From Candidatus Aegiribacteria sp. (GTDB lineage: Bacteria; Fermentibacterota; Fermentibacteria; Fermentibacterales; JCC-6): DNA of 64,000 nt. Position numbers and translations under genes: made by a program. The stretch covers positions 18,447 to 82,446 of the forward strand of contig JAUXIK010000004.1 of assembly GCA_030620995.1 (NCBI GenBank). The letters are read 5' to 3'. Below are positions 20,821-30,659 of the stretch, piece after piece (position 1 is the first letter of the stretch; each line of letters opens with the position of its first letter). The notes under the pieces were generated by a model. That model was given only the letters and a program-made list of their open reading frames with translations. It did not search any database and was not told the origin of the DNA.

Positions 20821-21936
20821 CTATTCCAGATACTCCTCAGGGTTAACTGGTTCCCCACCTCTTCTAATCTCAAAATAGTACCCCGGCTGCCCACCGGGGA
20901 TCGAGCCTGTTTTCCCGATCTGCAATCCGTTCATAATTTCATCTCCGGGATTTACCAGAATCTGTCCCAGATATCCGTAAACCGTGATATATCCGTCCTG
21001 ATGATCAAGTACAATCATCTGTCCCAGGCTCAGGAATTCCCTGGCATAAAGCACAACGCCTTCGGCTGATGAATACACCGGCTGTCCGGGCGGCGTGACA
21101 ACTGTGATACCGTCGCTTGTTGTCTGAGTTCCATACTCCCGATGAGTCTGAACTCCGAATGTTCTAACAACCTGCCCTGTGGCAGGCCAGCTGATACCTC
21201 CCCGGAAGGATTCCATGTAGCTGTCAGGTTCCGGTTCCAGAAAAGGAGTCCCGGAAGCCGCAGGAGTTGATCGAACACTGAGCCGGGTTACGAATTCCGC
21301 CCTGCTGATCCTTCTATCCTCGAGAACGGCAAGCGATTCTTTCTCGGCTGCTATCCTGCCCATCAGCTGATTCCTGATCGAAGCCTGGCGGGCTTCCTCA
21401 TCGTAAATTCCACCCTGCAATTCCTCCATCTGCTTTCTTAGCTCCTGAACCTCGACCAGAAGAAACTCCAGTGAGTCCCTGCAGCTGCCCAATGAGTCCT
21501 GACTGATGGAGAGCATGAACACTTCGTTCGCAGCCCTGGACGCAAGATAATCGATATATGCCTGGCGGCGGAGCATTCTGGTGAATCCCCCCTCTATGAA
21601 GAAATATCCAATCCCTCCGAGATTCCTGTGAGAATACAGGTAAAGCAGGTAAGAGGAAAGGCTTTCGACAAGTTCCCCACGGAGGGAATCCTCAGATGTA
21701 AATATCCCTGAGACCCTGGAAAGCTGCTGGAGTATTCTCGATTCCTCAAGGGCCAGTTCATTGTAATAATCCCTTGAAATGGTAAGGTGCTCGTGAATGG
21801 CATCGAGTATTGTTGATATTGCCGCTTCTTCTTCTTCCAGCTGCGAAATATGTGCCTGGGTTTCGCGCAGACATGTATCAAGACTGTCAAGAGAGCCTGC
21901 GGTAATGATACAGGCAGCAAACATCAGAACTGTCAC
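20821..21936 (-). CDS. M23 family murein endopeptidase with an N-terminal coiled coil (EnvC/NlpD-like)
   Basis: Coiled-coil N-terminal half; C-terminal LytM domain (QTHREYGTQTTSDGITV...GYITVYGYL). Confidence 0.75.
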   Translation of the reverse strand: MTVLMFAACIITAGSLDSLDTCLRETQAHISQLEEEEAAISTILDAIHEHLTISRDYYNELALEESRILQQLSRVSGIFTSEDSLRGELVESLSSYLLYLYSHRNLGGIGYFFIEGGFTRMLRRQAYIDYLASRAANEVFMLSISQDSLGSCRDSLEFLLVEVQELRKQMEELQGGIYDEEARQASIRNQLMGRIAAEKESLAVLEDRRISRAEFVTRLSVRSTPAASGTPFLEPEPDSYMESFRGGISWPATGQVVRTFGVQTHREYGTQTTSDGITVVTPPGQPVYSSAEGVVLYAREFLSLGQMIVLDHQDGYITVYGYLGQILVNPGDEIMNGLQIGKTGSIPGGQPGYYFEIRRGGEPVNPEEYLE

Positions 21937-21974
21937 CGATTCCTCCAGTCAATTCTATGGATATCCGCCTGTTA

Positions 21975-23132
21975 TTAAAACAGTCTGGATGCAATATCCT
22001 CAACCCGATCGACCTTCTCCCATGAGAATGTTCCATCGTGTCCCGGTTCTCTCCCGAAATGTCCAAAAGACGAAGTCCTGCTGAAAACAGGCTTTTTCAG
22101 ACCAAGGTAGTCTATGATATCATATGGCTGCAGAGGGAAAATATCCTTTACCACAGTCTCCACCGCAGAGATATCGGAGACTTTTTCCGTTCCGAATGTC
22201 TCTATCATAACAGAGACCGGTTCTGCCTGGCCTATTGCGTAGGCAAGCTGTATCTCGCATCTTTCAGCAATCCCGGCTTCAACGAGGTTTTTGGCAATGT
22301 AACGTGCCATATATGCTGCGGAACGGTCAACCTTTGTGGAATCCTTGCCTGAAAAAGCTCCGCCTCCGTGACGTCCTGTGCCACCGTATGTATCGACAAT
22401 TATCTTCCTGCCGGTAAGGCCGGTATCACCATGGGGCCCGCCAATGGCAAATCTGCCGGAGGGATTGAAAAGGAGTTTACCTGTCCATTGAAGATGCGGT
22501 TTGCACAGAGTAAGAACAGGGGATACTACTTTATTGCGAATGTCTTCAATCATATCTTCGGTTCCCACGTCCGGAGCATGGTGTACCGAGAGTAGAATCT
22601 CATCGATGGATACAGGCTTGAAACCCTCATATTCAACGGTTACCTGGCTCTTGGCGTCAGGTCGCGCCCATGGCAGTTCTCCTGCCAGACGAACCTCCCT
22701 GAGTTTTTCAAGAAGCCTGTGAGCAAGCTGTATCGGGTATGGCATATGAGCTTCCGTCTCGCAGCATGCAAACCCGAACATCAATCCCTGATCTCCAGCT
22801 CCCTTATTGTCTACAACACCATGATCGATATCCGGAGACTGAGAATGTATCCTGATCCTGTATGTGTTTTCATTGAAATGAAAACCCAGATCAGGCTGAT
22901 CATAGCCAATAGACCTGATAGTATCTCTGGCGACTTTCTCATAGTCCACATTGGCATGGCTTTTCACTTCACCCGCCAGCAGGCAGAAATTAGTAGTTAC
23001 GAGAGTTTCACAGGCCACATGAGCATTTGGATCAACGGTAAGGTGAGCGTCAAGAACAGCGTCTGATATCTGGTCACAGATTTTGTCCGGATGACCTTCG
23101 GAAACGGATTCGCTGGTAAACAGTCTTCCCAT
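21975..23132 (-). CDS. metK: S-adenosylmethionine synthetase
   Basis: GHPDKICDQISDA and the GGGAFSGKD motif; full-length. Confidence 0.95.
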   Translation of the reverse strand: MGRLFTSESVSEGHPDKICDQISDAVLDAHLTVDPNAHVACETLVTTNFCLLAGEVKSHANVDYEKVARDTIRSIGYDQPDLGFHFNENTYRIRIHSQSPDIDHGVVDNKGAGDQGLMFGFACCETEAHMPYPIQLAHRLLEKLREVRLAGELPWARPDAKSQVTVEYEGFKPVSIDEILLSVHHAPDVGTEDMIEDIRNKVVSPVLTLCKPHLQWTGKLLFNPSGRFAIGGPHGDTGLTGRKIIVDTYGGTGRHGGGAFSGKDSTKVDRSAAYMARYIAKNLVEAGIAERCEIQLAYAIGQAEPVSVMIETFGTEKVSDISAVETVVKDIFPLQPYDIIDYLGLKKPVFSRTSSFGHFGREPGHDGTFSWEKVDRVEDIASRLF

Positions 23133-23162
23133 GACTATTAAACCCTTCCAATCTGACAGCCG

Positions 23163-23280
23163 AAGAAAAAAAGCCGCCTGCCGGCGGCCTGAGGTTGCTA
23201 TCGGCTTTTTAGCACTTTTTTTTACGTGGTTGCAATAGACCTCAAATCATTCCACGAAGTTAAATGATACGAGTTATCCC
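23163..23280 (-). promoter_or_regulatory. Structured metK 5' leader: intrinsic terminator (GCCGCC-GGCA-GGCGGC + U7) 30 nt upstream of the start codon, preceded by a candidate SAM-II/V-like aptamer
   Basis: The terminator hairpin and U-run are read on the minus strand. The upstream segments UAUUGCAAC and GUGCUAAAAAGCC loosely resemble SAM-II conserved blocks; the class is not confirmed. Confidence 0.3.
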
Positions 23281-23452
23281 GACAAAGTCAATCATCAGGA
23301 ATAGTTGTTTATTCTCTGCATTTTCCATCTACCCGAAAGGATATCTAATCGTGAATGCCGGGCATTACTGTCATTGACAGATGAAAGCTACTGTTGGTTA
23401 TATTAATTTCAGATAAATAAAGTATATTATGTTAGTGAACTGCTTCAAAATT

Positions 23453-23493
23453 TGATTCCGGTGCGTTGGGAAATTAAGTTTTCAACTCATTAC
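23453..23493. repeat. 41-bp direct repeat copy A (TGATTCCGGTGCGTTGGGAAATTAAGTTTTCAACTCATTAC); its partner is at 27743-27783
   Basis: 38 of 41 bases identical to copy B. Together the copies bracket the 942-aa T9SS cargo gene and the beta-propeller gene. Confidence 0.55.
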
Positions 23494-23511
23494 CTGCATT
23501 CAAGCAAGTCC

Positions 23512-26340
23512 TTAATGACAGACAATCACTGTTCTGGTTTTCTCAAAGGAATCAGAAACAAGTGACACATAGTAAATCCCCACAGGGACATTATGTCCGC
23601 TTGCATCCTTTAGATCCCAGTGAAGATTATGGTTCCTCATGCCCGGTAAACCCTCTGCGAGTATTTTAACCAGATGCCCGGATATGTCATAAATACGTAC
23701 AGTTGAGGTAACAACTTCAGATGTCATGAACTCAATACTTACTGAACCTCTTGCGGGATTTGGGAATACATCAAAGTAATTACTTATTTCGACTTCCCTG
23801 GATGATAATTCTGATCTGCCTACATTGTTTTGATCAATAGTTTTGTAACTGAATGTTTCCACACCAGGAGCATCCAAGTATAGGGTTGTGTCAGATGGAA
23901 CAGTATTCGGATACTCGTACTCACAAATTTCTACTTCAACTCCACCTTGATAACTATATTCTCGTAATAAAGATATGTGTGTGTCATACAGAATACCTTC
24001 ATCCCACCATTCATCGCCTCCGCCTACCATGGTTTCAACACTGTTTCCAGTATAAGCATCATAAACTGTAACATAAAGCTCAACATCCCATACGCTGGCG
24101 TTAGTAATATCCGATCTAAAAGTTGCATCTTCCTGCAAATCTTTTGTCTTCCATCCTAACCAACCGAATCTATCCCGTTCATGGGTTTCATTCCAGTTTT
24201 CGTCATAGTAGGTTGGAGTAGTTATTTCAGTAGCACATACTTCACTCGATATTTCACTTGTACCTGGATCAAAGACATATTTATGGTGTACGATATTCCC
24301 AAGATAGTTAATAATATATAGGTGTAAAATGTCCTCATCATCGTCTTCATACATCCATGCTCCACCATAGATATAGCAGCTAGAGCTACCATCTTCATCT
24401 CCAGAATGGAGATAATACCCTTCATTAAATAGGAACGCATCAGATAACGAAGGAGGGAGAGTTATGTAATGTTTTGGATATACATATTCATCACGTTCAG
24501 GAATATATATAACATCATAATAAGCCCATATGGTATTCGACCTGGAATCCTGCTCACTATCCAAGCGGTAATACCCATAGAGATATTCTTCTACTACAAT
24601 TAGCGTATCTACCGCTTCATAGTTACCACTACTACCTGAGCCAAAGGCTGGTACTATGGTTGAGGCATCTGCATCCAGTCCATTTCCAGCAAGATCAGTC
24701 GCAAAAGAAGAATCAATACCCAGCTCAACGATTTGATTGCCAACATAATCCGGTGGTTGATTTCCAGTACCGAGATATATAGCCCACATATACACATCAT
24801 CCTGAGTCATGCAGGATTCATCAAGTTGAAGTTCTATCAAAGACGACCAGGTTATACTGGAATCTGGACCAACATACATCTTGATTGTCAAAGGAATTTT
24901 CTGAATCAGATTTGTAACAGGCTCGCTATAGTCAATCTCCAATGAGTATTCATTAGTACCGCCTCCGGTACTGATATAAGGAGAGAAGTTATACCCAACA
25001 TAATTATAACTCAGCGTCCTTCCTGAATCCGGGTCATTCAATACATTTGCTTCGTACGAACCATCTCTGATTATTTGCCAGTCATTTTCTTTAAGACAGA
25101 TATCGGTGATCCTTGGAGCCCAGTTATCAACAATTACACTTGTAACTTCAGATTCTGGGTCAGTGATATCAACAACTGGCAATGTATCAATAGTAGGCGT
25201 ATCAGATCTTTGAGGAATTGCCTCTACTTCAATAGCATAACGTCCATCCATGAATGCTGCAGCTTCATCAATGTTTGCGGGATTTGCACCATATCCGTCT
25301 GATAGTCTTGTATCCCACGCCCCTCTGCAGAATTCATCATCGTTATAATCAATTAGACGATTATAAGGATTGATCCACACAGTCTCGACACCAGGGAATG
25401 ATGCATTTACCCTGGCGCTATCGCAGGTATTTGTCAAGCATAAGTGATTTTGCCAATCATCGTTGTCGTAATAAATCTTCTGGTATTCATCATAGTAATT
25501 CTGTGGATCAGCATCATCAGGGATTTCCCCACTGAAGTTAAATAAAGTACGCCATGAACCCAGAATGTCGTTGGGGTAGTATTCTAGTGTGTTGGGGTCT
25601 TGCCAGAGAAGGCGCCACCTGACTTCCCGTACCCCACATTTATCGTTTGAAAGATCATAGTAATACTTAGTATATGGGCGAACAAGAATATCTACTATAT
25701 CACGCACTTCGTCCCAAGGTATTATTGGAAAATATGCGTTATCCGGAAGGATCACAACTCCATTTGATCCAAAACTACCATTGTAATTAACCGGTCCGAA
25801 TATCGCTTCATCGTAAAGAGGTGTAAGAGGTGGACTTAGATATTCGAACGGGTTGAAGTATCCGACTTGAGGAGTTCCCGGGGAAAGAGCACCTTCATCC
25901 AGCCAGCTGAAGTGTACATGACTCCCGAGGGGATGTTCTACTAATTCTGAAATCACAGACCTGTTGTACATATGATTGAGATCTAGTTTGAACCTTCTAT
26001 GATTAATATCTATATGACCATATAGCCATCCGTAAGTAGCACTTGAGTCATTACCGATTATTACATGACCTTCAGTCGGTGAACTACCTGTTACTGTATC
26101 AGGCCATATATCAATCACCCAGAAATCGTCTCCAGGATAAGGACATAATGCTAGATCAAACTCATTGCCATGAAAATCAAGCGCTCTGTGAAACTCATCC
26201 TGATTATTCCACTGACCGTACCCTCTCCAGGGAGTTACAGAAGCACCCAAAGGCCAGGCTGCTGGAGACTGAGGCACATCATAGTCGACTGTAGATAATA
26301 TTAGTAGAAGACAAAGACAAAACATATTATCTCTCCTCAA
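23512..26340 (-). CDS. Large secreted protein with an N-terminal M23/LytM-like peptidase domain and a T9SS C-terminal sorting domain
   Basis: Signal peptide present. The HRALDFHGNEFD...GHVIIGNDSSATYGWLYGHI block resembles M23 HxxxD...HxH. The last about 80 aa (FDVFPNPARGSVSIEF...VRIYDISGHLV...GIYYVSL) are a T9SS C-terminal domain. Confidence 0.55.
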   Translation of the reverse strand: MRRDNMFCLCLLLILSTVDYDVPQSPAAWPLGASVTPWRGYGQWNNQDEFHRALDFHGNEFDLALCPYPGDDFWVIDIWPDTVTGSSPTEGHVIIGNDSSATYGWLYGHIDINHRRFKLDLNHMYNRSVISELVEHPLGSHVHFSWLDEGALSPGTPQVGYFNPFEYLSPPLTPLYDEAIFGPVNYNGSFGSNGVVILPDNAYFPIIPWDEVRDIVDILVRPYTKYYYDLSNDKCGVREVRWRLLWQDPNTLEYYPNDILGSWRTLFNFSGEIPDDADPQNYYDEYQKIYYDNDDWQNHLCLTNTCDSARVNASFPGVETVWINPYNRLIDYNDDEFCRGAWDTRLSDGYGANPANIDEAAAFMDGRYAIEVEAIPQRSDTPTIDTLPVVDITDPESEVTSVIVDNWAPRITDICLKENDWQIIRDGSYEANVLNDPDSGRTLSYNYVGYNFSPYISTGGGTNEYSLEIDYSEPVTNLIQKIPLTIKMYVGPDSSITWSSLIELQLDESCMTQDDVYMWAIYLGTGNQPPDYVGNQIVELGIDSSFATDLAGNGLDADASTIVPAFGSGSSGNYEAVDTLIVVEEYLYGYYRLDSEQDSRSNTIWAYYDVIYIPERDEYVYPKHYITLPPSLSDAFLFNEGYYLHSGDEDGSSSCYIYGGAWMYEDDDEDILHLYIINYLGNIVHHKYVFDPGTSEISSEVCATEITTPTYYDENWNETHERDRFGWLGWKTKDLQEDATFRSDITNASVWDVELYVTVYDAYTGNSVETMVGGGDEWWDEGILYDTHISLLREYSYQGGVEVEICEYEYPNTVPSDTTLYLDAPGVETFSYKTIDQNNVGRSELSSREVEISNYFDVFPNPARGSVSIEFMTSEVVTSTVRIYDISGHLVKILAEGLPGMRNHNLHWDLKDASGHNVPVGIYYVSLVSDSFEKTRTVIVCH

Positions 26341-27520
26341 TCAGGCAGGAGTGTATACTGATGCCATCAAAGTACCAGAAGCCGGAATTATCACTGCGGA
26401 AACCAGTGTCGGAATTGACAAATCTGGCATGTGCATCAGGCAAGCTGCTTGATAACCATATTATATCCATATATGGAGATAGTAAAACGATGCGGGCAAA
26501 GACTCTAGGGTGTTGATATGCCAGAAAGGCCAGCACATGACCATTATCTGACACAGATTCTGACGTGAATTGAACTGGCATTTCAGAAACAGCTCGGGAA
26601 TCGTTTATGCTAAGGTACTTATCAAGTTTGATAATATCATCGGTTAGTGATATTGATCGGGCGCCAATATTTTCACCCCTGAAGTAGCAGCTTAAAATTA
26701 TAACTGAATCTGATTCACTGATTATAGGATCATTTACGCTTTCATCAAAATCGAATCTTGCGATTTGAGTACCATCATCAGTGCTGATAATCTGAAGTTT
26801 ATACAAATCCAGAACAGTAATAAAGGTATCATCATGAGATAACGTGAAGTTTCTTGTATGGATTATTCGTTCATTATCAGGTTCGAATAATTCCCTGTTC
26901 CATAGAAGATTCCCCTGCATATCGTATGCGCGCAGGCTATCGTAAGTGGTTGAATAGATACGGTCACCCGCATTAGATAGGCCTACAAAATGACCCCAGC
27001 TGAAGTTGTCCCTGGACAGAATGCAGTTGAAATCGGAATCGTACATCCTCAGACAGGTGGATTGTTTCACAAGCACCGTTCCATCGTTGGTTACACGGAT
27101 GAGAGGATTCCCGGGTAACTCCATTTCACTTGAGAACAGAGGAATTGATTTGACCGTGTTCTCAGCAAGATCGAAGAGGATAAGCTTCTCATCAAAATAG
27201 CAGTATCCGAGCAGATACTGACAATCAGGAGAAAAAGTCAATCTATAAATATCACCGGAATAGGGAATGCTGTTTACTACAGTATCACCCTCAAGTAGAA
27301 GAATGTACTCCTTGTCAACAAGAACAGTATGCCACTCAAAACCTTCCTCCGATTCAACACCGTATACAGTTCCCAGCTGCCCGTATACCGGATCAATACG
27401 ATCAAGAACATTGTAGCTCCATTCCTCAACGATGCGGATATCAGGTGAGGTCCAGCTTGATTCAGAGGTAATCGCAGGTGGGATAACAAGCATGATCATG
27501 CTGATGATATTGACAAGCAT
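26327..27520 (-). CDS. Secreted hypothetical protein, beta-propeller-like
   Basis: Signal peptide and beta-rich repeats; overlaps the upstream gene by 14 nt, so co-transcription is likely. Confidence 0.45.
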   Translation of the reverse strand: MLVNIISMIMLVIPPAITSESSWTSPDIRIVEEWSYNVLDRIDPVYGQLGTVYGVESEEGFEWHTVLVDKEYILLLEGDTVVNSIPYSGDIYRLTFSPDCQYLLGYCYFDEKLILFDLAENTVKSIPLFSSEMELPGNPLIRVTNDGTVLVKQSTCLRMYDSDFNCILSRDNFSWGHFVGLSNAGDRIYSTTYDSLRAYDMQGNLLWNRELFEPDNERIIHTRNFTLSHDDTFITVLDLYKLQIISTDDGTQIARFDFDESVNDPIISESDSVIILSCYFRGENIGARSISLTDDIIKLDKYLSINDSRAVSEMPVQFTSESVSDNGHVLAFLAYQHPRVFARIVLLSPYMDIIWLSSSLPDAHARFVNSDTGFRSDNSGFWYFDGISIHSCLIEER

Positions 27521-27742
27521 ATTTATCCTTCTTTCACGATATCAATAACTGGTGAAAATCAATTTCCTTATTGGAATATGTAATGATACAAAACTATCTA
27601 ATGCATGATAATGAACCCTATGTAAAATAATAAGGGGGGGGTAAAGCATGTCAATAACTCATTTAATTAATACTGCTAAAGGAACATTGATATTCAGAAA
27701 CCATACCCGAGGTATAGTGGCCAAATGAACCATGTCAGGAGG

Positions 27743-27783
27743 TGATTCCGGTGCGTTTGGAAATCAAGTTTTCAACTGATTAC
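27743..27783. repeat. 41-bp direct repeat copy B (TGATTCCGGTGCGTTTGGAAATCAAGTTTTCAACTGATTAC)
   Basis: See copy A; preceded by AGGAGGTG. Confidence 0.55.
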
Positions 27784-27919
27784 TGATAAGAAAATTAACT
27801 GATTCTCTTCTTCTTTTTCCTCTTCTTGCGCAAGTTCAGCAGGATCAGCTATCTCTTCAAGATTATCCTGATCGAATTCCTGACCGGTTTATTCGGATAT
27901 TTCCCGGTGTTCTCGCCTT

Positions 27920-29137
27920 TTATATCTCCTCTATCAACACCGAGTAACTGACGGTACCTCCGCTGAATACGCTGAGATAATAAGTTCCGGCAACTGCATC
28001 ATCAGGAAGACCGAGTTCACAGGTAACTCCCGGAGCCACATCCCACTCGGTATGGATTTCATCCTGATCTGGATCGAAAAGCCCCACGTTCAGTCCTGCT
28101 CCGTCAGCATCCGGAGTAACCATGAAGGTCAGGTTATGGCCTTCAGCAACTTCAACGCTGTACCAGTCTTCTTCGTCATAATCACCGATAATACCACTGA
28201 TTGTCTGTCCTGTTTCCAGTGCAACAGCGTAAACAGCTCTGTCTCCGGCATCATCACCGCTCCCTGCGTCATCCTGAAGAACGGCATTAACTGTCAGACT
28301 GTACGTTCCTGTGCCTCCTTTGAAGACACTGATGTAATAGATTCCTCCCGATGAACTGTTCATTATCATCGACCTTGTTAATGTCACACCTGCGGAAATG
28401 TCCCATTCCGTCCAGATATCATCGACTTCAGTATCAAGGAATGCGATATTTGCGCCTTCTGAATCATTTCCTGGAGCAAATGATATTTCAAGAATGCTGC
28501 CGGATGGAACCTCAAAGGAATACCAGTCGGATTCATCCAGATCACCTATAATGCCTCCCACTGGCTCTCCAAGTGTGATCTCAATCGCATCCGGAGCCCT
28601 TCCGCCGGCATCAGCACCTGAAATTCCATCGTTCTGCATTACCTTTGAAAGCTCAAGTGTGTAACCGCCAGGGCTTCCCTGGAATACATGCACGTAATAA
28701 TCACCGGAAAAATCCTCTGGCGTCATATAGCTGAATTCCTTGCTGACAGGCGGCTTTACATCCCATTCTGTCCACATGTCGTCCAGTTCGTCATCAAGTA
28801 TTCCAACATTAATACATTCAGCATCGTTCGAAGGAGTAAAAGATACGGTGAAAGTTTCTCCGCCATTAACGCTGAATACATACCAGTCATCCGTTTCTTC
28901 CAGCTCGAGTTCTCCTTCTGTAACGCCTTCACCCAGCACAAACGCATCAGCCGCGGTGTTGTTCGTACCTTCCGGGGTCTCAGCAGGAGTTTCAGCGGAT
29001 TCTCCCTGCTCCTCAATTTCTCCTTCGGTCTCCCCGGCGGGTTCACCCTGTTCCTCAGGTTCTCCCCCGCCGCAGGCCATTACAAGAAGTACGACCATTC
29101 CAGAGAATATCAGCGCCGTCCATAAAACGTGTTTCAT
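27920..29137 (-). CDS. Lipoprotein with an acidic linker and three tandem PPC (pre-peptidase C-terminal)-like domains
   Basis: Lipobox (LVMACGG) and an E/G/P-rich linker. Three repeats of about 100 aa each carry D-DWY-F/V...TEWDV/I. Confidence 0.55.
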   Translation of the reverse strand: MKHVLWTALIFSGMVVLLVMACGGGEPEEQGEPAGETEGEIEEQGESAETPAETPEGTNNTAADAFVLGEGVTEGELELEETDDWYVFSVNGGETFTVSFTPSNDAECINVGILDDELDDMWTEWDVKPPVSKEFSYMTPEDFSGDYYVHVFQGSPGGYTLELSKVMQNDGISGADAGGRAPDAIEITLGEPVGGIIGDLDESDWYSFEVPSGSILEISFAPGNDSEGANIAFLDTEVDDIWTEWDISAGVTLTRSMIMNSSSGGIYYISVFKGGTGTYSLTVNAVLQDDAGSGDDAGDRAVYAVALETGQTISGIIGDYDEEDWYSVEVAEGHNLTFMVTPDADGAGLNVGLFDPDQDEIHTEWDVAPGVTCELGLPDDAVAGTYYLSVFSGGTVSYSVLIEEI

Positions 29138-29255
29138 TCTTCTCTCCCTTCAAATAACTTGCGGATCCCGCAAAAACTGAAGAATTAAGTACGCCCTGGT
29201 ACATCAATCTTCTTCCACTTACTGACTTCACAACATGGGAATACCGGCCGACCGG

Positions 29256-29537
29256 TTAACGATATGTCCTGCGACTGATGAAACACATGTCAACCACAGG
29301 CGATATTCCTGTTTCGAATATCTGTATCATTAAAATACGCAAGTACAATCCTGGGGGCAACTGGCCAACATTAGAAACCGGACCCTGGGGACTATCGGAA
29401 GAAATTTTCTGATGAAGAAACCTTTTACGAGAATTCCGACACTGATAATTCGTGAAATCTTCCAGCAGAATAACTCTGTCAGCACCGAACAGAATGAAAG
29501 GGAGCACCAGTAACATGATTATGTATATCGCACGCAT
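29256..29537 (-). CDS. Small hypothetical protein with an N-terminal hydrophobic segment
   Basis: ORF only; weak. Confidence 0.2.
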   Translation of the reverse strand: MRAIYIIMLLVLPFILFGADRVILLEDFTNYQCRNSRKRFLHQKISSDSPQGPVSNVGQLPPGLYLRILMIQIFETGISPVVDMCFISRRTYR

Positions 29538-29712
29538 TTTTATTCTCTTCTGAATGAAAATTACTATAAATTATTTTCTCTTTAATTTATACTAGTTTAG
29601 TAGGAAATAATAATTGGTTGAACAATTCCCTCCCATAGCCTGTTTTTTTTAATCTAGTATAATTTATACTTGTTGAAGACAGCACTTGTGTACCATTACA
29701 GTGTAGCATATA

Positions 29713-30633
29713 GTGTCTGGAACTTGTGATGATATGCGATTGAATCAGAAGATTCATCGGACTGAGCGTTATGATGTATCTTTCTTTTTATCAGCAGTAT
29801 TCGATTGTGAATATGTGCGGCTGTGCTTCCGGAGGTTGTTCTTGAAACAGAATGTAAAACTCATTGCCAGGCTCGTTCGAAAAGCGAAAAAGGAGCTTGA
29901 TCGTAACAACCGCAAGGAAGCCCTTGAACTGATGATAAAGGCAGTGAACAGCGATGATAATAACGGACTGGTCATCCAGGCAATACAGTCACTTGATCAA
30001 AAAGAATCAGCGAAGACGATGTCCTGGGAATTGTATGAGGAACCCTTCTTCAATGAACCTGACGAACAGCCTCAAGCACCTGTTGAAGAAAAAGAAAGGA
30101 ACATATCTATGACGAAGGGGGATCGACTTGCCAAATTGTTTGAAGCTTCCGATAAGGCATTTGACGGAGGTCACCAGGCAAAGGCAATTGCTTATCTTAA
30201 TAAAGCTCGAAAGCTGGATCCGGATAACACTGAAGTAGAAGCAAAAATAGATTTCCTTAAAACAAAGATGAAAGCAGCGAATCTTATCTCCCTGTCACGA
30301 AGAAATATGAAAGCAGGAAACCTGTTGGAGGCTGTTCGCTTTGCTCAACAGGCATTTGAAATGATGCCCGGGATCGATGGCCTTCACGAACTTCTCGAAG
30401 ATATTGAAAAGATCGATTGCAATGCGGCCTCTCCTGCGGAAAGTACAAATAAGGATAACAGTAGAACGGAAAGTAATAAGCCATACATCGCGAAGATTCG
30501 GCAGCTTGTGCAGGATAATTCTCTTGAAGAGGCGGCTTCCATCGCGCTGAAGTCGTATGAAAACAATCAGGATGATGAACTGCTGCTGCAGTTTATCGAG
30601 AATTTCAAAAAATTGGGACTTATTGAAGAATAA
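29713..30633 (+). CDS. Hypothetical helical (TPR-like) protein; start uncertain
   Basis: ORF behind an AT-rich promoter-like region (two TATAATTTATAC boxes at about 29585-29680); no clear domain. Confidence 0.4.
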   Translation: MSGTCDDMRLNQKIHRTERYDVSFFLSAVFDCEYVRLCFRRLFLKQNVKLIARLVRKAKKELDRNNRKEALELMIKAVNSDDNNGLVIQAIQSLDQKESAKTMSWELYEEPFFNEPDEQPQAPVEEKERNISMTKGDRLAKLFEASDKAFDGGHQAKAIAYLNKARKLDPDNTEVEAKIDFLKTKMKAANLISLSRRNMKAGNLLEAVRFAQQAFEMMPGIDGLHELLEDIEKIDCNAASPAESTNKDNSRTESNKPYIAKIRQLVQDNSLEEAASIALKSYENNQDDELLLQFIENFKKLGLIEE

Positions 30634-30659
30634 TCAACGCTAATTTGTAAAGAAATCAG

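Noticed and set aside
23196-23340. SAM-I riboswitch upstream of metK
   Set aside because: The four-way-junction consensus (UCUUAUCAAGAG...GGAGGGA...GAGAUAAGAG) is absent. Only SAM-II-like short blocks are seen, so it is reported as an unclassified leader instead.
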